Assembly (NCBI GenBank): GCA_046295675.1
Contig: JBKBMW010000002.1
Span: 1-32,174, forward strand
Reading direction: 5' to 3'
Length of the DNA stretch: 32,174 nucleotides
Source of the DNA: Candidatus Anstonellaceae archaeon
GTDB taxonomy: Archaea; Micrarchaeota; Micrarchaeia; Anstonellales; Anstonellaceae
This document shows positions 15,801 to 23,413 of this stretch, in pieces (position 1 is the stretch's first letter; each line of letters begins with the position of its first letter). The notes beneath the pieces were generated by a model that was not told where the DNA came from, made no database searches, and saw only the letters and a program-made list of their open reading frames with translations. The translations under genes and the position numbers were made by a program.

Positions 15801-16842
15801 TATAAAAGCATTTTTTGGAGTAGAACTTCAAGCACAAGAAAATTTAGGTTATCCTCCTCCCTCTCCCAATCCAGAATTAATTAATAACAAAAAAGTAGAT
15901 TTTTTGGTCTTAAATATCAAGTTCAGTGAGCAAAACAAAGACAATTACATAAAGGCAATTGAAAATGCTTACCAACTTTCAAAATATGTTTTATACCATG
16001 TAGGAAAACCAACCTTATGGAAACTAAGATTTGATGGGAAATTTGTTGATAGTCCTTATTCTAACCCTGTATTTTTAGATACTTTATTTGTTTCTCAACA
16101 AAATCTCACTCTTTCAGGAGTAGTTGGGATTTTACTTCCTTCCTTATTAGAAAAGCCAGAAAATGTTTTAGAAAACTTAGAAGTAGATAAGCAGGGGGAT
16201 AGTCAAAGCCAGTCATTTTGTTCTTTAGTAAATGGATCTTTAAATATATTACAACTTTCTTTTTACAACGAAGTAAAAAAACTTCAAGCACAAGATCAAG
16301 CTTGCAACCAGGCGGCATGTTCAGAGTGTTCTCCTTTAATTAAAGACGATCCAGAGGTATGTAATCCAAAATGTTTAGATGGAACTGCTTGTAGCAATGG
16401 TTTTAAGTGTTTACAAAACTGTATATCAAAAACTTACTGTCAAGCAAATAAATGCGAAGATAAATTTAATAATAAAAAAATCACCTGTTATTATATGCCT
16501 TCAAGTTCAAAATATTTTACTTATCTAAACAAACTAAATATTAATACTTTAGAGGAACTATTTGGAAATCCAGATATGCCTGAGATTATAGCTTCATTAA
16601 ATGAACCATGCTGTCTAAACATAACTACTGAAAGGTCTGAAAGTTATTATACCTATATTTCATCTATTGGAATTGATTATAGCTCTTCTAATGCTATTTA
16701 TCCATTTTTTGGTTCTAATGATACCAATTGCGGGCAATTTGAGCAACCTCAAGAGCAAGACCCATTAACCTGTAGTCCAACTGATTTACCAAGCTATACC
16801 CTTTCTAAGAAACTATACTATTGTTTTTGGGAAAATAAATAG
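12835..16842 (+). CDS. P7: giant (about 1335 aa) cysteine-rich secreted or lipid-anchored protein. It lacks the P1-P6 core and is the last gene of the train.
   Basis: ATG 12835 is in frame with track start TTG 12826. N-terminus MRVLFIILLSFALFFLVGC has a hydrophobic h-region ending in a lipobox-like LVGC. I see no further TM helix. About 69 Cys by hand count, with dense clusters such as ACNQAACSECSPLIKDDPEVCNPKCLDGTACSNGFKCLQNCISKTYCQANKC. Many N-x-S/T sequons. Confidence 0.8.
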   Translation: MRVLFIILLSFALFFLVGCTLNPNKNIVSGGCCYQSDTFYTCEKSSNPVANTQDLYSLTNCGVYKSKECSFFNSTSGEILDANKDVIKDDDGNPIQPNMCSKNCNFDKANCTNQDEKNTCYSLTNPKTTYPICVNNSIVLCIQNQCKVWMCGEKKPTVKREYSFSTSDQETLKNNYKSQSGKKTIFDVQRGLVGKICEFRFMNASSYRLLSEQKWLVNSIRLGILGSFSDYEIAKYYFPPSDAFCSSAFNKNAVVESFIRYLIYSPSTSSFSPITKDSFCFDDGTNYICKNDPSIAFPKSAEFSHLLCTSFCSRLFSCPLRNLNFATVDVSPPSTSQTNPIIHYFLNISSYYSNLLKLYPDTQNYYRKEGEKGIGPEGAKAFECISDSDCFSNTCRKDVYFRGRCFDNSNNAVDCNCTLVSSCSEAFKCDKFPQDSIDEAECKAGKFLCEQNSINDELIVMCKYSPTTYDLYAYADLDKLYLYKLGQSNAVSVIGPNSWDGTWGVYDFSEFNKYKHMEDGNKQQLEFSNIVRKVVEFGCLNTDKKIIEQPKCNPGYSFSPIKKTCLDSNGKTSSPFCTSPSQGPQEWVVWKDNAEHLWYKINEKTSQDKKNDVIRWQWGYTFFVVPTNFVVSSTLSSASNKQLYIITSRSVSFNDLKRKFSFIDKCDLTHTNKIDEFGGDYDILEISIKDIPLQKHYLIEQYITPLTSHPYLLAGGNKLDFGEQEKKAQYLFDKTWIIKSFGKCQKDNDDLLKTKSYGLCNSCGTFLTLAYQNVSKTQTSYCPKDCGLSGSLLCFCPSSLYNFFNTKTIAGGMAGISGNVFLPNITNASPSTIPEFSYLINKIHAYLENNVIPVLDLKEYAKDGISVGGKEQVSFDYSNQFLMAPHCEQKKYDCTCTRYSDSDGSCIEGNCSCDIALPPDALFLFLNKDHSPVLSILDTLSSSTAQSKINNAKSLCPNCQVGLEYENILNIDSATNITEFYQSSGLNSTIKAFFGVELQAQENLGYPPPSPNPELINNKKVDFLVLNIKFSEQNKDNYIKAIENAYQLSKYVLYHVGKPTLWKLRFDGKFVDSPYSNPVFLDTLFVSQQNLTLSGVVGILLPSLLEKPENVLENLEVDKQGDSQSQSFCSLVNGSLNILQLSFYNEVKKLQAQDQACNQAACSECSPLIKDDPEVCNPKCLDGTACSNGFKCLQNCISKTYCQANKCEDKFNNKKITCYYMPSSSKYFTYLNKLNINTLEELFGNPDMPEIIASLNEPCCLNITTERSESYYTYISSIGIDYSSSNAIYPFFGSNDTNCGQFEQPQEQDPLTCSPTDLPSYTLSKKLYYCFWENK

Positions 16843-16914
16843 TTTTATTTAAAAGCTTATTTCTCTAAAATATTTTTATACATCATCTATTTGTTCATTA
16901 AAAAGGTGGAGCAT

Positions 16915-17160
16915 ATGGCAGAGAAAAATTTAAAGGAGATCCTAGAGCTTATGGATTTTTTAATAGGAGATAATTCTTTGCCAAGAAATATCAGAAAAAC
17001 AATTCAGGAATCAAAAGAAATCCTTCTTTCAGAGCAGGATTTTCAAACTAAAGTCTCAGCAACAATACAAACACTTATTGGAGCATCAGAAGATGTTAAT
17101 CTTCCAATGCATGCTCGCACTTATATTTGGGATATTCTAACCAAATTAGAAGCATTATAA
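16915..17160 (+). CDS. UPF0147-family small helical archaeal protein (about 81 aa).
   Basis: The motif GDNSLPRNIRKTIQESKEIL matches the conserved D-x-S-[VL]-P-R-N-I-R core I recall for archaeal UPF0147 proteins. ATG 16915 is preceded by GGTGGAG (16905-16911). The track start at TTG 16891 is probably too long. Confidence 0.65.
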   Translation: MAEKNLKEILELMDFLIGDNSLPRNIRKTIQESKEILLSEQDFQTKVSATIQTLIGASEDVNLPMHARTYIWDILTKLEAL

Positions 17161-17197
17161 TTTTTTTATAATTCTTTTTTATTTTGATACTAATTAA

Positions 17198-17205
17198 TTT
17201 ATATT
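17198..17205 (+). promoter_or_regulatory. Candidate TATA box (TTTATATT) for the polD operon, leaderless-type spacing.
   Basis: The box starts 33 nt before the DP1 ATG (17231), and there is no SD in between. Archaeal TATA boxes sit about 26 nt upstream of the transcription start. Confidence 0.3.
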
Positions 17206-17230
17206 TTAACTTCTTATTTTATTTGATAAT

Positions 17231-18820
17231 ATGAAGGAGGATATTGATTATCTTTATTCAAAAAATATCAGGCTTACTAAAAAAGCCTTTGATTTTTTAA
17301 TAGAAAACAAAATTAGCAAAGCAACTTTAGATGCTATAATAAAAAAATGTAATTTTTTAGTTAATTTAGAAGATGTTTTAGAAGAGTTGGCATTGGAAAA
17401 AAAATTTAAAGAGGACAGAAAGATAGAAATTGAGCAAAAAGTTGAACTTCCAAAAGGGGAGGAAGTATATGTTCATAAAGAAAGTCAAAAAGAAAAAAAA
17501 GAAGAATGCCCAGAAAAAGATGAAATCAAACCAAAAACAGGTTTGGCAATAAAAGAAGTAGAAATCTTGCGCTCTTCTTCTTTTAAACCAATAGCAAAGG
17601 ATTATGATTCAAAAATAGAAATCCTTCAACAGGAGATACAAACAACGACCTATGATGGAGACATAGAAACTTTTGTTTCATATTTTAGAGATAGATTTAA
17701 CCAAGAAGCCTCCATCCTAAAAACTCGCCAATCAAACCTCCCTATTTTAAGATTAGATCAATTAACAAAAAATGTTGGTCAACAGGCAAGGATTATTGCA
17801 ATGGTGTATGAGAAAAGAATAACTTCAAAAGGAAACTTAGTTTTAGAAGTAGAAGACGAATATGGAAAAGCAAGGGTGGTGGTACCTTCAACTGAAAACT
17901 GCTTTTTAGAAGCACAAACTATCCTAAAGGATGATATATTGGCAATAGAAGGAAAAATTTTAGAGAATATGTTTATAGCAAAAAGTATTTTTTGGCCAGA
18001 TATTTCTGTGCTCAAGACCATTCCAAGCTGCCAAGAAGATCTTGCAATTGTTTATTTGTCTGATCTTCATTTTGGAAGCAGATATTTTTTAGAAAAAGCC
18101 TTTAGGCGATTTTTACGATGGCTTGAAGGAAAGGAAGGAAATGAAAAACTTGCTTCAAAAGTAAAATACATCATTATAGCAGGAGACATAGTAGATGGTA
18201 TTGGGGTTTATCCAACGCAAGAAAACGATTTGACAATAAAGGATATATCTTTGCAGTATAAAGAATTTGAAAAAAGTATAGAACAAATTCCTGATTATAT
18301 TTCAGTTATCGTAGGGCCAGGCAATCATGACGGAGTTAGAAGGGGAGAACCCCAGCCTCCATTAGATAAAAGCCTGATCAGTCTTGATATTCATTTAATC
18401 GGCTCTCCAGCTATGGTAAAAATTGAAAAATTTAATCATCTTATTTATCATGGGACTTCTTTGGATTCTATTATTGCAAATTTACCTGGTTTATCTTATT
18501 CAAAACCTGAAGCAGCAATGAAAGAATTACTTAAAAGAAGACACCTCTCTCCCCTTTATGGAGATAATTTGATTGTACCAAGTAGTAAGGATCTAATGGT
18601 CATTCCACAAGAGCCAGATGTTTTACACATGGGGCATATTCATAAAAATGGTTCTGCAAAATACAGAGGGGTTTTAATGATAAATTCAGGTACCTATCAA
18701 GATAGAACTGATTATCAAATAAAAATGGGGCACATACCAACACCTGCTATTACTCCTGTTTTAGAGTTAAAATCAGGTCAGCTTCATCACCTCAAATTTT
18801 TAGAAGAGGGGGGTTTATGA
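17231..18820 (+). CDS. polB: DNA polymerase II (family D) small subunit DP1, the calcineurin-like phosphodiesterase / 3'-5' exonuclease subunit.
   Basis: Metallophosphoesterase motifs YLSDLHFGS, IIAGDIVDG, GPGNHD and HMGHIHK sit in the C-terminal half behind an OB-like middle region. It is immediately followed by, and overlaps, DP2. Confidence 0.92.
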   Translation: MKEDIDYLYSKNIRLTKKAFDFLIENKISKATLDAIIKKCNFLVNLEDVLEELALEKKFKEDRKIEIEQKVELPKGEEVYVHKESQKEKKEECPEKDEIKPKTGLAIKEVEILRSSSFKPIAKDYDSKIEILQQEIQTTTYDGDIETFVSYFRDRFNQEASILKTRQSNLPILRLDQLTKNVGQQARIIAMVYEKRITSKGNLVLEVEDEYGKARVVVPSTENCFLEAQTILKDDILAIEGKILENMFIAKSIFWPDISVLKTIPSCQEDLAIVYLSDLHFGSRYFLEKAFRRFLRWLEGKEGNEKLASKVKYIIIAGDIVDGIGVYPTQENDLTIKDISLQYKEFEKSIEQIPDYISVIVGPGNHDGVRRGEPQPPLDKSLISLDIHLIGSPAMVKIEKFNHLIYHGTSLDSIIANLPGLSYSKPEAAMKELLKRRHLSPLYGDNLIVPSSKDLMVIPQEPDVLHMGHIHKNGSAKYRGVLMINSGTYQDRTDYQIKMGHIPTPAITPVLELKSGQLHHLKFLEEGGL

Positions 18821-21800
18821 GCATTGAAAAATATTTTTCTGATTTAGAAGAAAATTTACAAAAAATTTATGATATAGCTACTCATGCCAGAAAGGTTGGT
18901 TTAGACCCAGAAGATCAAGTGGAAATAAAAATAGCTTCTGATGTTGCTGGAAGGGTGGAAGGGCTTGTAGGTCCTCCTGGAATTGCAAACGAAATAAGAA
19001 AATTGGAAAAAGAAGGAAAATCAAGAGACATGGTAGCAAAGGAAATTGTACACAAAATTTGCAAAGGAGAAATAATAAAAGGAAATGCAGAAAAACTAAT
19101 TGAGCAAGCAGTAAGAACTGGGGTGTGTATTCTTACAGAGGGGGTTTTGGTTGCTCCAACCGAAGGAATTGCATCAGTAAAAATACATTCTCCTTCCATA
19201 AATAATCCGCATGATGGAAATCCAGATGGTTCTTCTTATTTAGCTATATATTTTGCAGGTCCAATTCGCTCTGCAGGAGGAACTGCTTCTGCACAAGCAG
19301 TTTTATTAGCAGATTTAGCAAGAAGGCATTTTAATATTGGAAGATATCGTCCAACAGATACCGAAATAGAGCGTTATGTGGAAGAGACAAATATCTATAA
19401 TGATAGATGTGCTAGGTTGCAGTATAAACCAACTGATGAAGAAATTCGTTTTATAATAAAAAATTCTCCAATTTGTATAAATGGAGAACCAACAGAGCAA
19501 ATAGAAGTTTCTATTTATCGAGATTTAAAAAGGGTGAAAACCAATAAAATACGAGGAGGGGCAATATTGGTTTTATGCGAAGGACTTGCACAAAAAGCAC
19601 CCAAGGTTTCAAAGTATGCTCTCAAGATAGGATTAGAGGAAGACTGGTCCTTTTTAAACACCATGGTTAGAGGAATAAAAAAATCTGAAAAAAAATTTGA
19701 GCTTAAAGAAGAAAATAAATTCTTAGATGAAATTGTAGCAGGTAGGCCAATCTTTTCATACTCTTTAGCACGTGGTGGTTTTAGGCTCAGATATGGAAGG
19801 ACTAGAGCAACAGGAATTGCTGCAAAGGCAATCCATCCAGCAACCATGTATATTTTAAATTCATTTTTAGCTATTGGAACTCAAATAAAAATTGATAGAC
19901 CTGGAAAAGGAGCAGTAGTGAGCAGCTGCGATTCCATCATGGGACCAATTGTATCTTTAAATAATGGTTCAGTGGTTTATGTAGATAACATTGAAAAAGC
20001 TCAGAGAATCGTTGAAGATATAAAAGAAATTTTATTTTTAGGTGATTTACTAGTAAGTTATGGGGATTTTCTTAAAGCAAATCATCCGCTTCTTCCATCA
20101 CCATTCGTGGAAGAATGGTGGGAAAAAATTGCACAAGCAAAACAAATCAAATACAAAAAAAATATTTTAGCTTCTGAAGCTTTTGAGCTTTCATTTAAGC
20201 ACAATATTCCTCTTCACCCAAGTTTCACATATTTTTGGGAAGAATTGAATTCTCAACAAATAAAAGAGCTCGCCTTATGGTTATTTGAAAATGCAAAATT
20301 AGAGTTAGATATTTTTTCGAATTTAAAATTTTTAATTATAGAGGCAGCTCCTCAAAAAAGATTCTTAGAATTAATTGGACTTCCACACAAAGTAGAACAA
20401 AATAAAATCATAATTGAAAAAGAAGAGGCTATCTCTTTACTTCTTTCTCTTGGAATTTACAGAAAAGGGGCAAAGGCTTTATTTTTTGATAGATTTGAAA
20501 AACTTTTTGATCCAAACAAAAGTGTATTAGAAAATCTCTTTACTCTTTCAGGAGTAAAAATTATGCCAAAGGGCACTGTCTATATAGGTGTAAGAATGGG
20601 GAGGCCAGAAAAAGCAAAAAGAAGAGAAATGGCCCCTCCAGTGCATGTACTTTTTCCAGTAGGGCATTTAAACAAATCAAGAGAAATATTAAAGCAGTAT
20701 TCCAGATTAAAGTCTGAACAGAAAAAACAAGGAAGAGGTATTTATGTAGAACTTGCGAACTATTTTTGTAAAAACTGCGGAAAGTCAAATTATAGGCCTT
20801 TTTGTCTTTATTGCGGAGGAAAATGCCAATTGATGGAAGTAAATGAGCCAAATTCTCAAAAAAATAATAAAACAAAAAAATATTATACTCAAAAATTTTT
20901 GGATATTGTAAAGGAGGTAGAAACAACAAAAAACAGGTTGAATTCCTCTTCTTTAGCAGAAATCAAAGGAGTACATGGATTAATTTCATTATACAAAATA
21001 CCAGAAATTTTAGATAAAGGTTTTTTAAGAGCAAAGCATGGGCTTACAATTTTTAGAGATGGAACTTGTAGATTTGATATGACTAACATGCCATTAACTC
21101 AATTCACAGCTTCAGATATTGGTACAAATATAAACAAATTAATAGAACTTGGTTATAATGTAGACAAAGAGGGCAAACCGCTTAAAAACGAGAATCAGCT
21201 TTTAAGCCTAATGCCTCAGGATATTATAATTCCTTATAAAGGCGGAGAGTATCTTTTAGCAGTTTCAAAATTTATAGATGAACTATTGGTAGATGTTTAC
21301 CAAATAAAACCATTTTATAATCTAAAAAAAGTTGAGGATTTAATTGGACATCTTTGCATTGGTCTTTCTCCGCATACTTCAGCAGGCGTACTTTGTCGCA
21401 TTATTGGTTTTACTAATACAAATGTTTGTTTTGCTCATCCTTATTTTCACTGTGCAAAAAGAAGAAATTGCGATGGTGATGAGGATTCAATAATATTGTT
21501 GTTAGATGCTCTTATAAACTTCTCTACAAAGTTTTTGCCATCCACTAGAGGGGGTACTATGGACGCTCCATTGGTTCTGACTACAAGAATTGATCCAAGT
21601 GAGGTAGATGATGAAGTTCATTGTATGGAATCTGTTTCTTCCTATCCATTGGAATTTTATGAAAAAACAATTACTTTTTCCTCACCTTCTGATGTAGAAA
21701 TTAAAACAATTAAAGATCTTCTTCATACCCCAGAACAATACGCAAATTTAGATTTTACTCATTCTGTTTCAAATATCTCACAAGGGCCACATGCTACTTC

Positions 21801-22218
21801 TTATACTTCTTTAGGAAAAAAAATGGAGAAAAAAATAGAATCTCAGTTTATTTTGGAGGATAAAATACGAGCTGTAAATGCTTCAGATGTTGCAAAAAGG
21901 GTTTTGTTATCCCATTTTTTACCAGATATATATGGTAATCTTCGTTCCTTTTCAAGACAAGAATTTAGATGTTCCCAATGTAATGCAAAATTCAGGCGTG
22001 TTCCTTTAGTAGGAAAATGTATTTTTTGTAATAGCAATCTTCTTCCAACTATCTATAAAGCAGGAATAGAAAAATATCTTGTTGCTACTGAAAAATTAAT
22101 AGAGCGATATAATCTTGAAGATTATCTTAAGCAAAGAATTGAGCTAATAAAAAAAGATATAAATTCAATATTTAGTGAGGAAAAGAAAAATCAGATACAG
22201 CTTTCTGACTTTATGTAA
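18817..22218 (+). CDS. polC: DNA polymerase II (family D) large catalytic subunit DP2, 1133 aa with no intein.
   Basis: Signature HCAKRRNCDGDEDS (the PolD catalytic NCDGDED motif). Zn-finger clusters CKNCGKSNYRPFCLYCGGKC and CSQCNAKFRRVPLVGKCIFCNS. ATGA start/stop overlap with DP1 at 18817-18820. Confidence 0.95.
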   Translation: MSIEKYFSDLEENLQKIYDIATHARKVGLDPEDQVEIKIASDVAGRVEGLVGPPGIANEIRKLEKEGKSRDMVAKEIVHKICKGEIIKGNAEKLIEQAVRTGVCILTEGVLVAPTEGIASVKIHSPSINNPHDGNPDGSSYLAIYFAGPIRSAGGTASAQAVLLADLARRHFNIGRYRPTDTEIERYVEETNIYNDRCARLQYKPTDEEIRFIIKNSPICINGEPTEQIEVSIYRDLKRVKTNKIRGGAILVLCEGLAQKAPKVSKYALKIGLEEDWSFLNTMVRGIKKSEKKFELKEENKFLDEIVAGRPIFSYSLARGGFRLRYGRTRATGIAAKAIHPATMYILNSFLAIGTQIKIDRPGKGAVVSSCDSIMGPIVSLNNGSVVYVDNIEKAQRIVEDIKEILFLGDLLVSYGDFLKANHPLLPSPFVEEWWEKIAQAKQIKYKKNILASEAFELSFKHNIPLHPSFTYFWEELNSQQIKELALWLFENAKLELDIFSNLKFLIIEAAPQKRFLELIGLPHKVEQNKIIIEKEEAISLLLSLGIYRKGAKALFFDRFEKLFDPNKSVLENLFTLSGVKIMPKGTVYIGVRMGRPEKAKRREMAPPVHVLFPVGHLNKSREILKQYSRLKSEQKKQGRGIYVELANYFCKNCGKSNYRPFCLYCGGKCQLMEVNEPNSQKNNKTKKYYTQKFLDIVKEVETTKNRLNSSSLAEIKGVHGLISLYKIPEILDKGFLRAKHGLTIFRDGTCRFDMTNMPLTQFTASDIGTNINKLIELGYNVDKEGKPLKNENQLLSLMPQDIIIPYKGGEYLLAVSKFIDELLVDVYQIKPFYNLKKVEDLIGHLCIGLSPHTSAGVLCRIIGFTNTNVCFAHPYFHCAKRRNCDGDEDSIILLLDALINFSTKFLPSTRGGTMDAPLVLTTRIDPSEVDDEVHCMESVSSYPLEFYEKTITFSSPSDVEIKTIKDLLHTPEQYANLDFTHSVSNISQGPHATSYTSLGKKMEKKIESQFILEDKIRAVNASDVAKRVLLSHFLPDIYGNLRSFSRQEFRCSQCNAKFRRVPLVGKCIFCNSNLLPTIYKAGIEKYLVATEKLIERYNLEDYLKQRIELIKKDINSIFSEEKKNQIQLSDFM

Positions 22219-22229
22219 AAGGTGTTAAA

Positions 22230-23078
22230 ATGAAATCTATGTCTTTATCTAGATTTAAAAATATAATTTTTGATTTGGATGGTGTAGTATACTTAGGGGA
22301 TAAGTTGATTGATGGAATTGCAGAAGCCATTGATAAACTTCGTAAAAATAATTTTAATATTTTTTTTCTAACAAACAATGCAACCAAATCAAGAAAAGAA
22401 ATTGCAACTAAGCTTAATTCTTTAGGGTTAAATCAAATAAAAGAAAGTGAGATTTTTTCTTCTGCATATGCTGCAGCCTATCTTGCTTTTAACAATGGTT
22501 TTAATTATGCTTTTGTTGTTGGAGAAGAGGGTTTAAAAGAAGAAGTAAGAAATTTTGGAATTAAACTTTTAGAAGACTTCCAAGAACTACAAGAAAATTC
22601 TAAAACATGTTTGATTTCTGGCTTAGATAGAAATTTCAACTATTCAAAATTAAAACAAGCCACTCGCTTTTTGCTTGGTTCAAAAAATAGAAAATGGATA
22701 GCTTGTAATCTTGATCCAAATTATCCTGTTGAAGATGGAATTGACCCTGGGGCTGGTTCGTTAGCAGCATCCATTGCCTTCAGTGTAGGAAATCTGGATA
22801 ATGGAAAAATGATTTTAAGATATCCAGATTTTATTGTAGGTAAGCCATCTTTATTTATATTGGATTTATTGTTTAAAAAGTCTGAAAGAAAAAGTTGTAT
22901 TTTTATTGGTGATAGATTAGATGTGGATATCCCTTTTGCAAAAAAAGGAGGGTTATTTTCTGTTTTAGTTTTGAGTGGGATATCCAAAAAAGAAGATCTA
23001 AAAAAATATAAAATAAAGCCTGATCTTGTGCTGGAAAAAGCATCTTTAATTACCAAATTTTTAGAGTTGGACAATTGA
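22230..23078 (+). CDS. HAD-superfamily subfamily IIA hydrolase (NagD / p-nitrophenyl-phosphatase-like sugar phosphatase).
   Basis: HAD motif I IIFDLDGVVY, motif II FLTNNATKS, motif III lysine (VGKPS) and motif IV IGDRLDVDI. AAGGTG SD at 22219-22224. 11 nt after the DP2 stop, so probably co-transcribed. Confidence 0.85.
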   Translation: MKSMSLSRFKNIIFDLDGVVYLGDKLIDGIAEAIDKLRKNNFNIFFLTNNATKSRKEIATKLNSLGLNQIKESEIFSSAYAAAYLAFNNGFNYAFVVGEEGLKEEVRNFGIKLLEDFQELQENSKTCLISGLDRNFNYSKLKQATRFLLGSKNRKWIACNLDPNYPVEDGIDPGAGSLAASIAFSVGNLDNGKMILRYPDFIVGKPSLFILDLLFKKSERKSCIFIGDRLDVDIPFAKKGGLFSVLVLSGISKKEDLKKYKIKPDLVLEKASLITKFLELDN

Positions 23079-23081
23079 GAG

Positions 23082-23366
23082 CTAACCAAATATATCATTT
23101 ATTACCTTATTTGCATCATATTTTTCCTCTTCATTTTTCAAAGATGTGGAAAGAATTTGATTGTTTTCCTGGTTTAGATTAGTAATGTTATTTCCAATTT
23201 CTTTTTGAGGTATGCCTCTTAAAAGAGAGCTCAAACTAATATGAACTACCTTACCACTTAATGGTTCAGTTGCAGTGATCTCAACTTCATTTATTTCCAA
23301 ACTTGAATCAATCGCTATAAAATGTTCTCTACCATCAATTATTATTGTTTTTTTAACATTACCCAT
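23082..23366 (-). CDS. Hypothetical 94-aa protein; no family recognised.
   Basis: ATG ORF with AGGTGA about 7 nt upstream on the minus strand. Lies downstream of glmS on the same strand. Its stop is 3 nt from the convergent HAD stop. Confidence 0.55.
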   Translation of the reverse strand: MGNVKKTIIIDGREHFIAIDSSLEINEVEITATEPLSGKVVHISLSSLLRGIPQKEIGNNITNLNQENNQILSTSLKNEEEKYDANKVINDIFG

Positions 23367-23413
23367 AGTTTTTCACCTGTTTTCTATTTAGACAATAAAT
23401 TTATTATTTTTAT

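Noticed and set aside
1-16842. The membrane-protein train as an integrated mobile element, provirus or conjugative island.
   Set aside because: The window shows no integrase, transposase, replication initiator, capsid or packaging ATPase, tRNA attachment site or flanking direct repeats. Base composition looks the same by eye as in the housekeeping half. I cannot exclude it without the upstream sequence.
18817-22218. Possible intein in the PolD large subunit.
   Set aside because: The protein is 1133 aa, continuous through the NCDGDED catalytic motif and both Zn-finger clusters. It has no inserted block with intein splicing motifs.
23076-23084. Convergent HAD and 94-aa genes end 3 nt apart with no room for a terminator. 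I considered a sequencing or assembly artefact, or a mis-called small ORF.
   Set aside because: Tight convergent ends are common in compacted genomes, and the 94-aa ORF has a good AGGTGA SD. I kept it at reduced confidence rather than reporting it as an anomaly.
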